Shown: one piece after another, positions 1 to 8,460 of the stretch
Numbering within the stretch: position 1 is the stretch's first letter
How the letters are laid out: each line of letters opens with the position of its first letter
NCBI GenBank assembly: GCA_902495305.1
Contig: CABUWG010000002.1
Coordinates: 11,783-75,782 of the forward strand
Direction: 5' to 3'
DNA: 64,000 nucleotides
Source: an uncultured Pseudomonadota bacterium
GTDB taxonomy: Bacteria > Pseudomonadota > Alphaproteobacteria > RF32 > CAG-239
Position numbers and translations under genes: made by a program
The notes under the pieces: model-generated
What the model saw: the letters and a program-made list of their open reading frames with translations, nothing else
The model's database searches: none
What the model was told of the DNA's origin: nothing

Positions 1-685
1 TACCGGACAGATAAATGTCATCGGCAGGCATATAATAAATTTCATCACGAGAAAACGGCAGATATCCCTGCCCGTACAACGGCCTTTCTTTAGAAATGGA
101 CGGCACGGTAATGGTCGTAAAGCCATGAGCCGCCAGCTTGTCCAAAACCATCATATGAATAGCCAGCTCCAGCTTTGCCAGCTCGTTTTTAATGGCATAG
201 GTACGCGCGCCCGAAACCTTGGCGATTCGTTCCATCTCGCTCCAGTCGTTAAGCTCCATCAATTCAACATGGTCACGCGGCTTAAACTCAAACTTGCGCG
301 GCTCGCCGACCTTGCGTCTGACCACATTGGCGGAATCATCGGGGCCAACCGGACTTTGCGGACTGGGCATATTCGGCATTCTGAGCATAATCTCGTCAAA
401 TTTGGCCTTAACGGCATCAAGCTCTTCCAGCTCTTTTTTCAGCTCTTCGCCGATTTCCTTACTCTTGGCAATAATTGCCGGACGTTCTTCGGCAGAAGCG
501 GATTTAATGGCATTACTGAGCTTATTTTTCTCTTCTGATTTTGCCTGTGATGAGGTCTTAAGCTTGTTCATCTCAAGATACAGGTTTTCCAGTTCATCCA
601 GACTGATAACCTTGCCGTAGCCTTTTTTATCCAGTCCTTCCTGAATAAGCGGCTTATTCTCAATAATGTATTTTATATCCAACAT
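1..685 (-). CDS. serS: seryl-tRNA synthetase, N-terminal part (3' end runs off window)
   Basis: Manual minus-strand translation from ATG at 683-685 gives MLDIKYIIENKPLIQEGLDKKGYGK...PRKFEFKPRDHVELMEL...GQGYLPF. This matches the SerRS N-terminal coiled-coil arm and the start of the class II core. It is absent from the ORF track because it has no stop inside the window. Confidence 0.7.
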   Translation of the reverse strand, partial: MLDIKYIIENKPLIQEGLDKKGYGKVISLDELENLYLEMNKLKTSSQAKSEEKNKLSNAIKSASAEERPAIIAKSKEIGEELKKELEELDAVKAKFDEIMLRMPNMPSPQSPVGPDDSANVVRRKVGEPRKFEFKPRDHVELMELNDWSEMERIAKVSGARTYAIKNELAKLELAIHMMVLDKLAAHGFTTITVPSISKERPLYGQGYLPFSRDEIYYMPADDIYLSG

Positions 686-883
686 CTTATAACTGTCCTA
701 AAATTTTAATTAATTCTATCGGACTGTTAGAGTAGCAATTTTACAAATAAATACAACACAAAAATGCAGTCTGTATACGAAAATATGCAAGAAGAAAGCG
801 ATTCGCATTTCATTCAGTGTTACAAACGCCGTCCTCACGGCATTTTATTCTTCGGCTTTTTCCCGAACCGGCATCAGCCATAC

Positions 884-918
884 AAAAAGGGAGAAAACGC
901 ATTCCCTCCCCCTTTCTG
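884..918 (-). terminator. rho-independent terminator downstream of the 920..1741 gene (minus strand)
   Basis: On the minus strand GGGAG-ggaatgcgtttt-CTCCC is followed by TTTTTGT. Confidence 0.45.
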
Positions 919-919
919 T

Positions 920-1741
920 CTAGTTTCCGATGTTAAGGTTAACTTTGTTCCAGCCGCCGGTTTTCTTTTCCTCCTGCGGCTTTCCGTCTTCCCAGCCGCG
1001 AACAGGCTGTTTTCGTTTGTTAATCAGCGCTTTTTGTTCTTCCGTCTGAGCCACGCCCACCGGCAAAAGCTGATTTAGCAAAGCCGGCGACACAAAATCC
1101 TGCCGTTTTTTCAGCAGCGGATCAACAATACTGTCAACCTTGTCGGCAGACGGCTTCAAGTTAAAAGTTTTTACAGAACCGCCGTAAAAAACCGAAAGAG
1201 AATGACAAGGCGAAGACAACAAAACATCGGTATTATCCACCCCACGCACAAACCGCAGCATGATTCGCGGATTGATAATGCAATTTTCTGTTTTTTCAAA
1301 ATCCACATTCCCCGGCGTCTTCAAAAAGCTGCTAACCACGTCCTCCCGCTGTTCTTTGCTCAAAACGCCGCAAAAACCTTTTAAGGCCATGCCGTCCATG
1401 TTATATCCGGAATAAGTATTGCTGCGGCTGGCTACTTCATAACAAAAAACCTGTTCGGCATCTGTAATATTTTCCAGCGCCGGCCGGCCGATACTGTCAA
1501 TAATCGGTTGCAACACTTCGTCTTTGGCTGTTTTTTGCACACGGGGTTCGGCAGCCTGCGCCTCCTTGTCGCCTTCCCTGCGCCAGCCGTCCTTATCTCC
1601 CTGAAAAGACTGCACGCCCTCGGCCTCTATTCCCAGCCCCGACAATTCATCAGCCACGCCGCCGGAAAAATCATCAGCGGCCCGAACCTCTGAAAGCACA
1701 CAAAATATTCCTGCAACTGTCAGCACAAACAATCTGTTCAT
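920..1741 (-). CDS. hypothetical secreted protein, last gene of the prepilin-like operon
   Basis: The ORF continues on the minus strand. The probable start is the internal ATG at 1741 (MNRLFVLTVAGIFCVLSEVRA, signal-peptide-like) preceded by GAGGGAG. No recognisable domain. Confidence 0.5.
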   Translation of the reverse strand: MNRLFVLTVAGIFCVLSEVRAADDFSGGVADELSGLGIEAEGVQSFQGDKDGWRREGDKEAQAAEPRVQKTAKDEVLQPIIDSIGRPALENITDAEQVFCYEVASRSNTYSGYNMDGMALKGFCGVLSKEQREDVVSSFLKTPGNVDFEKTENCIINPRIMLRFVRGVDNTDVLLSSPCHSLSVFYGGSVKTFNLKPSADKVDSIVDPLLKKRQDFVSPALLNQLLPVGVAQTEEQKALINKRKQPVRGWEDGKPQEEKKTGGWNKVNLNIGN

Positions 1742-1875
1742 CTTTTCTCCCTCATGCTGTCTTTTTTCTGATATAACATAATCATTATAAAACAAAATTC
1801 CATCCAAAATCTTAACATACCAAAAAATCCCCAAGAAAAAACCTCCGCATAACAACGGAGGCCTTTCCCTGATGA

Positions 1876-4737
1876 TTAGAACGGATCATTGTATTTAAGC
1901 GTCGGGTCGTTCAAACGTTCAACATACCCGCTGTCTTTGCTGGTATAACCGACCCTTACTTTCGTTAACTGGTCATAGCGGTCAACCAAAGTATCATTCT
2001 GAAAATCATTTTTTTCTTTACGACGGTTAAAGTAGCAATAAACATTGGAAATACCGACAATCTGCTTGTTCCAAACCTCAAACAGGTTCCAGATAACGTC
2101 ATCGTCAGCCCAGCTTGATCCCAGACCAATCTGGTTGGCATAAGTCTGATAGTCCTTCGCCGGATACAGGAAACCGATCGCCGCATTCCAGCCGTAGCTG
2201 GTACCGCCGCTGTCTTTGACCGACACAAAAGACGTATTCAGCCAGGTACTCTTCTGGAAAGTCAATGCCTTTTTGTAGCCCTCGTAAGTATCCCAGCTGT
2301 CAGATTCCGGCCACAGCAGCGCATTCGGATCGCGGTTGATTTGCAACTCGATTTCATTTCTAGCACCGCTGCTTTTTTCCACCGGGTGACCGGCCTGAGC
2401 CATAGCCCAGCTGATCGGGCTCAGCGTCGCAACCTTCAAATACCCCGGCGGACAAGTCGGCGCCGGCACAAAACCGAGCCACGGGCTGGTTTCGCATTTA
2501 AAGGTCGACGAAGCGCAACTTTTAACATAGCTCTTCATCGTAATCGTCCCCGAACCAAACAGCGCCGAGGTATCCAGCGGAAACGAACCGGAATCGTCCG
2601 GCGTGCCGTTTCCGGACATCAGCCAGTTCAAAGACCCGCCGCCGGCAGTGCAGTTTTTGGTCGCGCAATATGTGCCGTCCAGAACATAAATACCTTTATT
2701 GATAAAGTCCGGCAGAATATCACTCAGTCGGGCGCCGCCGCGCGTTATCAGCTTAATATCGTGCATAACCGAAGTATACGCCGGATTGACCTGATATTCG
2801 TCATAAAGCGTCTTGCCGGAACTGGAAGCATAACCTGATTGATACGCATTATCCGGCACCTTAATATGGCTCACCAGACGGTCCGCCAGAATATAGCCGT
2901 TCGGATCACTTTTGTCTGAAGTCGCATCATTGTTGCGTGCAATTTCAATCACGCCTTTGCGTACATAAACGCTGGCATCCGGCTTGGTACCGTCGGTATA
3001 ATTGGTATCAATGGCAAAAATCTTGTCACCGGCCGCCGATGAGGCAATAAAGTTGGCGTCATTCATAACCTTAACTTCTTTGTCTGCCGGATTCACTTCA
3101 AAAATCGTCGTATCCAAATCATTCTGAACCGTCAGCACACCGTTATTAATAGCCATATTGCCATCATTAACATTCATATCAGCATTATTAACATCAACCG
3201 TGGGCAAAAGACCATCCAGTCCACTGTCAACGACCAAAGTACCGGTTCCGTCACCGACCGCAAAATGCGGCGTATCGGCATAAACCTCATTCGCCTTCAT
3301 TTTAATCAACTCGTCTGCAACTGAAAATCCGCCCGTCCCGTCTGGATTCCCAACCATAAAATTGTTAACCAGAATCCTCACGCTGTCAGAATCAGTCACA
3401 AGATTAAAATTATCGGTACAATTCCCCTGAGCATCCGGTTTGCAGCCTACCCGCAACTGATTTTTAACATCAAGGTCTATCATATCAACCGGTTTGTCAA
3501 ACTTAACCTCGTCCCGAAAACGCGCCGGACCGTTCACATCCAAAATATAATGAGGATCATAGTCATTAGGCATATTTCCAACAACCACACGCTTCAAATT
3601 AGATGTTCCCTCAACGGTCAAATTTGCATTAATTGTTGTATTACCTCCGGCATCCACCTGAAACTTACCGCCGCCGGCAGAAAGGCTTCCGGTAATCTCG
3701 GCGCTGCCGGCTTTCAGCAGTTCTTTAATCGTGGCCGTCAGAGCCTCCAAATGGCCTCCTACGGTAGCATCTCCTCCCACATCAAGCTTTCCGTCAATAT
3801 TACCGTTTCCGCCCACGTCAATATTTCCGCCGATATTCGCATTACCGGTACCTTCAATGGTCAAACCGCTGCCGTTTTGCAGCAAAATCGCCTGATCTTT
3901 CTCTCCCAAACCATTACCGGTCACAATCATCTGCTTCACGTTTTCAATGTTATGATGAGCTTTGTCATCACCCATATAAAGCGTGGTTTCCATCGTATTC
4001 AGCCACGGTTCTTCTTCCATTCTCACACGGTGCAAAACGTTCTCGCCGCTGTTGTTGCCGCCGGAAATCGCCCGAATGGACGTCGCCATAATGGTGTTTT
4101 CTTTTAATTTTGCTGTCTGCAATTTAAAATCGGCCGGATCAATCGTCCAAACGCCTTGCACACCCTGAATAACCTTTTTCTTATCCGCTCCTGTCCGGAA
4201 AATACCGGCATTTGTACCAATCATCGAGGCAATGCGCGAGGCTCTGAGGATTGGCATTTCCTGCGTTTCTGCCGGCGTAGTCACCAGCAAAGCCGTCAAA
4301 TCATGACGTTCGTCATTGTCAAAATCACGTTTTTTAACAATAACTTCCATGTCTTTAAAAGTTTTGGAACTGGCATTAAAGCCATAAGGCAGATATTCGC
4401 AAAAATGCTCAAGCGGCACACTTTCAACACCGCCGGAAAAATTATAAGTTTGACTTGTCGCGCCTTTGCAGTTTGACGTAACTTTTTTAGAACCGTCTCC
4501 CAAACCAACAATCGTGTTGTAGTTGTCAGACAGATAAGTATCAATCCCTTCCATCACAATACGGATTTGTCCGGCGGCATTAATATCCTGCAGCTCGGTT
4601 GTTCTTTCCGCCGCTTTTTTATAAAGCATCGGAGTAACCATGGCAATCAGGCCCAGCATGGCCATTGCCTCAATCAACAGGCTTCCTGCCTGCGATTTCT
4701 TTTCATCAAAAACCCGAACCATTGTTTTTCTCCTCAT
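1876..4737 (-). CDS. 953-aa prepilin-type N-terminal domain protein (TadG/pseudopilin-like giant minor pilin) with glycine-rich beta-helix-like repeats
   Basis: N-terminus ...KKSQAG|SLLIEAMAMLGLIAMVTPML fits a class-III prepilin cleavage motif (G, Glu at +5, hydrophobic helix). The central segment has repeated GGN(I/L)DVGG / TVGG units. Confidence 0.6.
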   Translation of the reverse strand: MRRKTMVRVFDEKKSQAGSLLIEAMAMLGLIAMVTPMLYKKAAERTTELQDINAAGQIRIVMEGIDTYLSDNYNTIVGLGDGSKKVTSNCKGATSQTYNFSGGVESVPLEHFCEYLPYGFNASSKTFKDMEVIVKKRDFDNDERHDLTALLVTTPAETQEMPILRASRIASMIGTNAGIFRTGADKKKVIQGVQGVWTIDPADFKLQTAKLKENTIMATSIRAISGGNNSGENVLHRVRMEEEPWLNTMETTLYMGDDKAHHNIENVKQMIVTGNGLGEKDQAILLQNGSGLTIEGTGNANIGGNIDVGGNGNIDGKLDVGGDATVGGHLEALTATIKELLKAGSAEITGSLSAGGGKFQVDAGGNTTINANLTVEGTSNLKRVVVGNMPNDYDPHYILDVNGPARFRDEVKFDKPVDMIDLDVKNQLRVGCKPDAQGNCTDNFNLVTDSDSVRILVNNFMVGNPDGTGGFSVADELIKMKANEVYADTPHFAVGDGTGTLVVDSGLDGLLPTVDVNNADMNVNDGNMAINNGVLTVQNDLDTTIFEVNPADKEVKVMNDANFIASSAAGDKIFAIDTNYTDGTKPDASVYVRKGVIEIARNNDATSDKSDPNGYILADRLVSHIKVPDNAYQSGYASSSGKTLYDEYQVNPAYTSVMHDIKLITRGGARLSDILPDFINKGIYVLDGTYCATKNCTAGGGSLNWLMSGNGTPDDSGSFPLDTSALFGSGTITMKSYVKSCASSTFKCETSPWLGFVPAPTCPPGYLKVATLSPISWAMAQAGHPVEKSSGARNEIELQINRDPNALLWPESDSWDTYEGYKKALTFQKSTWLNTSFVSVKDSGGTSYGWNAAIGFLYPAKDYQTYANQIGLGSSWADDDVIWNLFEVWNKQIVGISNVYCYFNRRKEKNDFQNDTLVDRYDQLTKVRVGYTSKDSGYVERLNDPTLKYNDPF

Positions 4738-4739
4738 CC

Positions 4740-5405
4740 TTACTCAAACGGCGTTACATAAACCAGACAGCGGTTACAGTTTGCACAGGCGCAGGCTGTG
4801 CTGAAATTTCCGTTGTCAACCACATAATTGGGAATATATACCATCGTATCCTCACGTCCTTTAACCGCCATTTTATAATTCTTATCGCCGCTGTGCCCGC
4901 CTGAAGCCTTGTCTGAAGGATCCAAATGGACAGCATAACCGAAGCTGGTATCCGTTCCCAGAATATTTTGCGCGGCTTTCAATAAATCGTTCGTCGGCGT
5001 ATTCGAACTCAGATTAAGCCACTTTGGCGGAATATACCCGTATGTTATCAGATACCTCATGGCATCGGGAGACGTGCAGTCGGCAATTCCCTGATCCCAG
5101 TTGTCTTTTCTCAGGCAATAGAGCTCTGTGGTAAAACTCCCGTCACAATTATACCCGTAGGGCAAAAAGTCTTTCAGGATCGTATCGCAAGTCAGCTCTT
5201 CTTCCAGATAAGACATGCCGGTTTTGTTCAGCGGCGATGCCAGCCACCGGACATATTCCTGCCCCGCACGCTGCTGGATGACCAGTTGCGAAACCACAAC
5301 CTCGGCCTGCGGCTCAATCTTAACCTCCCGCATATCGCCGCGGACAGAAAGGTTATATGAATACAACAGCACCATAAAGGTTGCCAAAATCATCCAGATA
5401 TACAT
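4740..5405 (-). CDS. hypothetical membrane-anchored protein, first gene of the prepilin-like operon
   Basis: 221-aa ORF with an N-terminal TM helix (MYIWMILATFMVLLYSY). It lies 3 bp upstream of the 953-aa gene on the same strand. Confidence 0.5.
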   Translation of the reverse strand: MYIWMILATFMVLLYSYNLSVRGDMREVKIEPQAEVVVSQLVIQQRAGQEYVRWLASPLNKTGMSYLEEELTCDTILKDFLPYGYNCDGSFTTELYCLRKDNWDQGIADCTSPDAMRYLITYGYIPPKWLNLSSNTPTNDLLKAAQNILGTDTSFGYAVHLDPSDKASGGHSGDKNYKMAVKGREDTMVYIPNYVVDNGNFSTACACANCNRCLVYVTPFE

Positions 5406-5678
5406 TGCCTAAAGTTCCTAAAAAAAACCGCTTTTTATTATTTATAATAGCACCAAATGCCAAAAATTCATAACAAAAAACAGCCGGCTTGCTCAGAATT
5501 CACAAAACTGTAACAACAAATTATCGTCAACTTTATCAGAAAAAACATAATTAAAGGTTAAAATCGCCGTTTTCCGCCGTTTTTTTTGAAGTTTAATTTG
5601 ATAAGTGCGTTTTTTGCATTTATTTCTGAAAAAAATGTTCTAAAATAAGTCAAATTGCAAAAACTACGGAGTATTCTG

Positions 5679-6200
5679 ATGGCCGGCTTAAATGATTTTG
5701 ATGATGACCTCAAAGACAATCCTTATACCCAGAAAGACAACAAAAAAATTCTGTTGTTTCTGGTGCCGGCGTTGATTGTCATCGGCATAATCGTCGGACT
5801 GTATTTTTTGTTTATTCCCAAATCGGACGATTCCGAAAGCCTTGGCTACAGCATTGTTGAAAAAGAAGAAAACGACACCAAAACGATTACCGTTTTTTAT
5901 GACTTGCCGGAAATTTCCGTTCAGCTCCAAAGCGCGGATTCGCAAAACGCCGTGGTTAAAATCAAAATTAATATTGAACTTTCCAAAATGGAGGATATAA
6001 AAACAATAGAAAGCCTTATGCCACAAATCACCGATGCCGCCGTCACTCATGTTTCGGAACTCTCCCAAAATGAGATTAGCGGCGCCGAAGGTCTGTATTG
6101 GCTTAAGGAAGAGCTCCTGTACCGGCTGTCGCTGATTGCCGCGCCGGTAAAAATTTCAAACCTGAACTTCAAACGGTTTGAAATCCAGAAAACTAACTAA
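5679..6200 (+). CDS. fliL: flagellar basal body-associated protein FliL
   Basis: MAGLNDFDDDLKDNPYTQKDNKKILLFLVPALIVIGIIVGLYF... has FliL architecture: a short cytoplasmic N-terminus, one TM helix and a periplasmic domain. GGAG lies 9 nt upstream of ATG 5679 (the track ORF starts earlier at 5655). Confidence 0.7.
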   Translation: MAGLNDFDDDLKDNPYTQKDNKKILLFLVPALIVIGIIVGLYFLFIPKSDDSESLGYSIVEKEENDTKTITVFYDLPEISVQLQSADSQNAVVKIKINIELSKMEDIKTIESLMPQITDAAVTHVSELSQNEISGAEGLYWLKEELLYRLSLIAAPVKISNLNFKRFEIQKTN

Positions 6201-6218
6201 AAGCTGAGGGGAAAGCTT

Positions 6219-7301
6219 GTGGCTGAAGAACAGGAAAAGAAAGAAGGGCAACAACCCGACAACAAAAACTGGGCAGATATGATCGAGATCAACGAAAACA
6301 TCTCGGCAAATCCAGACGACACGGCAGACAGCGCAGATTCCCGCATACTCAATCAGGAAGAAATCGACAGCCTGCTGGGCTATTCCTCCGGCGAAGACGA
6401 TGACCGGCGCAATCTAAAAACCGGCGTGCAGGCCATTTTAAATTCGGCAATGGTTTCTTATGAACGCCTGCCGATGCTTGAAATCGTTTTTGACCGCCTG
6501 ATTCGCCTGATGGCAACCTCTTTGAGAAATTTTACGCAGGATAACGTTGAGGTTTCGCTTGAAAGTATTGAATCCATGCGTTTCGGCGAATATCTCGATT
6601 CGCTCACCATTCCGACTTTGCTCGGCGTGTTCAAAGCCGAAGAATGGGACAATTATGCACTGGTTTCGCTCGACAGCGGCATTGTCTACTCAATCGTCGA
6701 CGTTTTGCTCGGCGGCCGCCGCGGCACTGCCGCCATGCGCATTGAAGGCCGTCCGTATACCACCATCGAACTCAATATCGTCAAAGACATGATACAAATC
6801 ATCTTATCGGATTTGTCCACCGCTTTTGACCCGATAACCTCCGTCAACTTCACCTATGACCGTCTGGAAACCAATCCGCGTTTTGCCACCATTTCGCGCT
6901 TGTCCAATGCCGTTATCGTTGCCCGTCTCCGCATTGACATGGAAGACCGCGGCGGCAAAGTTGACCTCATGATTCCCTATGCCACGCTTGAACCGGTTCG
7001 CGAACTTTTGCTGCAAATGTTCATGGGCGAGCGCTTCGGACGTGATGCCATCTGGGAAAACCACCTCACGGAACAGCTTTGGGATACGGAAGTCCAGATT
7101 AATGCCGTGTTAAAAGAATGTATGATAAAGCTCGGAGACATTGCCACTTGGGAAAAAGGCTCTTTTCTGGATCTGGATATGCTGCCGACCGATAACGTGG
7201 CACTGGTTTGCGGCGATGTTCCGCTGTTGACCGGTTCAATGGGACGCAAAAACGAACATGTCGTCATAAAAGTAAACGGAAAGGCTGAAAAAAATGGATA
7301 G
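6219..7301 (+). CDS. fliM: flagellar motor switch protein FliM (GTG start)
   Basis: N-terminal LNQEEIDSLLG motif (CheY-P binding type) plus a FliM middle domain. GAGGGGA RBS before GTG 6219. Confidence 0.8.
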   Translation: MAEEQEKKEGQQPDNKNWADMIEINENISANPDDTADSADSRILNQEEIDSLLGYSSGEDDDRRNLKTGVQAILNSAMVSYERLPMLEIVFDRLIRLMATSLRNFTQDNVEVSLESIESMRFGEYLDSLTIPTLLGVFKAEEWDNYALVSLDSGIVYSIVDVLLGGRRGTAAMRIEGRPYTTIELNIVKDMIQIILSDLSTAFDPITSVNFTYDRLETNPRFATISRLSNAVIVARLRIDMEDRGGKVDLMIPYATLEPVRELLLQMFMGERFGRDAIWENHLTEQLWDTEVQINAVLKECMIKLGDIATWEKGSFLDLDMLPTDNVALVCGDVPLLTGSMGRKNEHVVIKVNGKAEKNG

Positions 7302-7791
7302 TTTTGAAATAATCATAAATGTCGCCATCATTGCCCTGCTGATACCGACGATTATTTTTGCTTACCGGCTGAACCGCAGCCTGACGGCTCTCAGAGAAAA
7401 CCAAAACTCTCTGGCAAAACTGATCGGCGCGCTAAATGACGCAACCAACAAAGCCGAAAACAGCATTCCGAAACTCAAATCTGCCACCGAACATTCGTCC
7501 GAAGACCTGAAAGAAGTCGTTGACAATGCCAAAACCATAAAAGACGATTTGTTGTTTATCAACCAGCGCGCCGACAGTCTGGCCGACCGTCTGGAACAGG
7601 TTATCCATAACAGCCGCGGCAATGTAAAAGACGAGAAAAAGAATAAAACCTCGGCTCAGATACTGAATATTGATAAAGCAACAAACACAAATTCCGGCGG
7701 TCAGGACGAACCGGATGATGTTTTTTCCGTTGAAGATTCCCGTTCCGAGGCCGAGTTGGAACTGCTAAAAGCCCTGAGATCAATAAAATAA
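7294..7791 (+). CDS. flagellar-operon membrane-anchored coiled-coil protein of unknown function
   Basis: Overlaps the fliM stop by 8 bp. It has an N-terminal TM helix followed by coiled-coil. Confidence 0.5.
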   Translation: MDSFEIIINVAIIALLIPTIIFAYRLNRSLTALRENQNSLAKLIGALNDATNKAENSIPKLKSATEHSSEDLKEVVDNAKTIKDDLLFINQRADSLADRLEQVIHNSRGNVKDEKKNKTSAQILNIDKATNTNSGGQDEPDDVFSVEDSRSEAELELLKALRSIK

Positions 7792-7800
7792 GGTCAGACA

Positions 7801-8445
7801 ATGATAAACAAAATAGCCAGCCGCATCCGCATTTTACCGATTTTTATATTTTTTGCCGTCTTAACGCTTTCCGTTCGCGTCAACACGGTTTTTGATCTTT
7901 TAAAACAAAAAGAAACCAAAACCATCAGCATTTCCCAACAAGCCGCACAAGCGCAGGAAGAAATGAAAAAAGAAAACAACGACCTGAGCAAAGCCCTGAA
8001 CAGCAATACGTCGGCCGCCGGCTCGTCATCTGCCCCCAATAACAGCTTTTCGCAATCAGAAATCCTGATTCTGCAAGAACTCGCCGAACGACGCGAAGCC
8101 TTGGACCTGCGCAGCAAAGAAATTGATAAAAAAGCCATCCAGCTCAAAGTCGCGGAAGAAGAAATTGATAAAAAACTTGCACAATTGAAGGAATATGAAG
8201 CCAAGCTGCAAAAGCTCGTCCGCGAATATAACGACAAGGAAAAAGAAAAAATATCATCACTGACCCGTTTGTATTCGACCATGAAACCCAAAGATGCTGC
8301 CCGTATTTTCAATACGTTGGAACTGCATATTCTGATTCCGTTGTTAAAAGAAATGAAACCTTCGGTTTCTTCCGCCATCATCTCGCAAATGGACGCCGCC
8401 AAAGCCAAGGCCGTTACAACCGAACTGATCGGCAACAATTTCTAA
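7801..8445 (+). CDS. MotE-like flagellar motility protein (MgtE_N-type helical repeats)
   Basis: Signal/TM N-terminus, Q/E/K-rich coiled-coil, and a C-terminal MKPKDAARIFNTLELHILIPLLKEMKPSVSSAIISQMDAAKA repeat typical of MgtE_N/MotE. Confidence 0.55.
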   Translation: MINKIASRIRILPIFIFFAVLTLSVRVNTVFDLLKQKETKTISISQQAAQAQEEMKKENNDLSKALNSNTSAAGSSSAPNNSFSQSEILILQELAERREALDLRSKEIDKKAIQLKVAEEEIDKKLAQLKEYEAKLQKLVREYNDKEKEKISSLTRLYSTMKPKDAARIFNTLELHILIPLLKEMKPSVSSAIISQMDAAKAKAVTTELIGNNF

Positions 8446-8460
8446 CCAAAGGCAAAAGCA

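Noticed and set aside
125-620. Two plus-strand ORFs (137 and 133 aa)
   Set aside because: They are antisense to the well-supported serS reading frame. Their products are low-complexity (S/L-rich) with no start context.
5552-5575. sigma28-like TAAAGGTT...GCCGTTTT upstream of fliL
   Set aside because: The spacer is only ~6 nt rather than ~11, so it does not fit the FliA consensus. A nearby GTGC...TTGC also fails the sigma54 GG-N10-GC rule.
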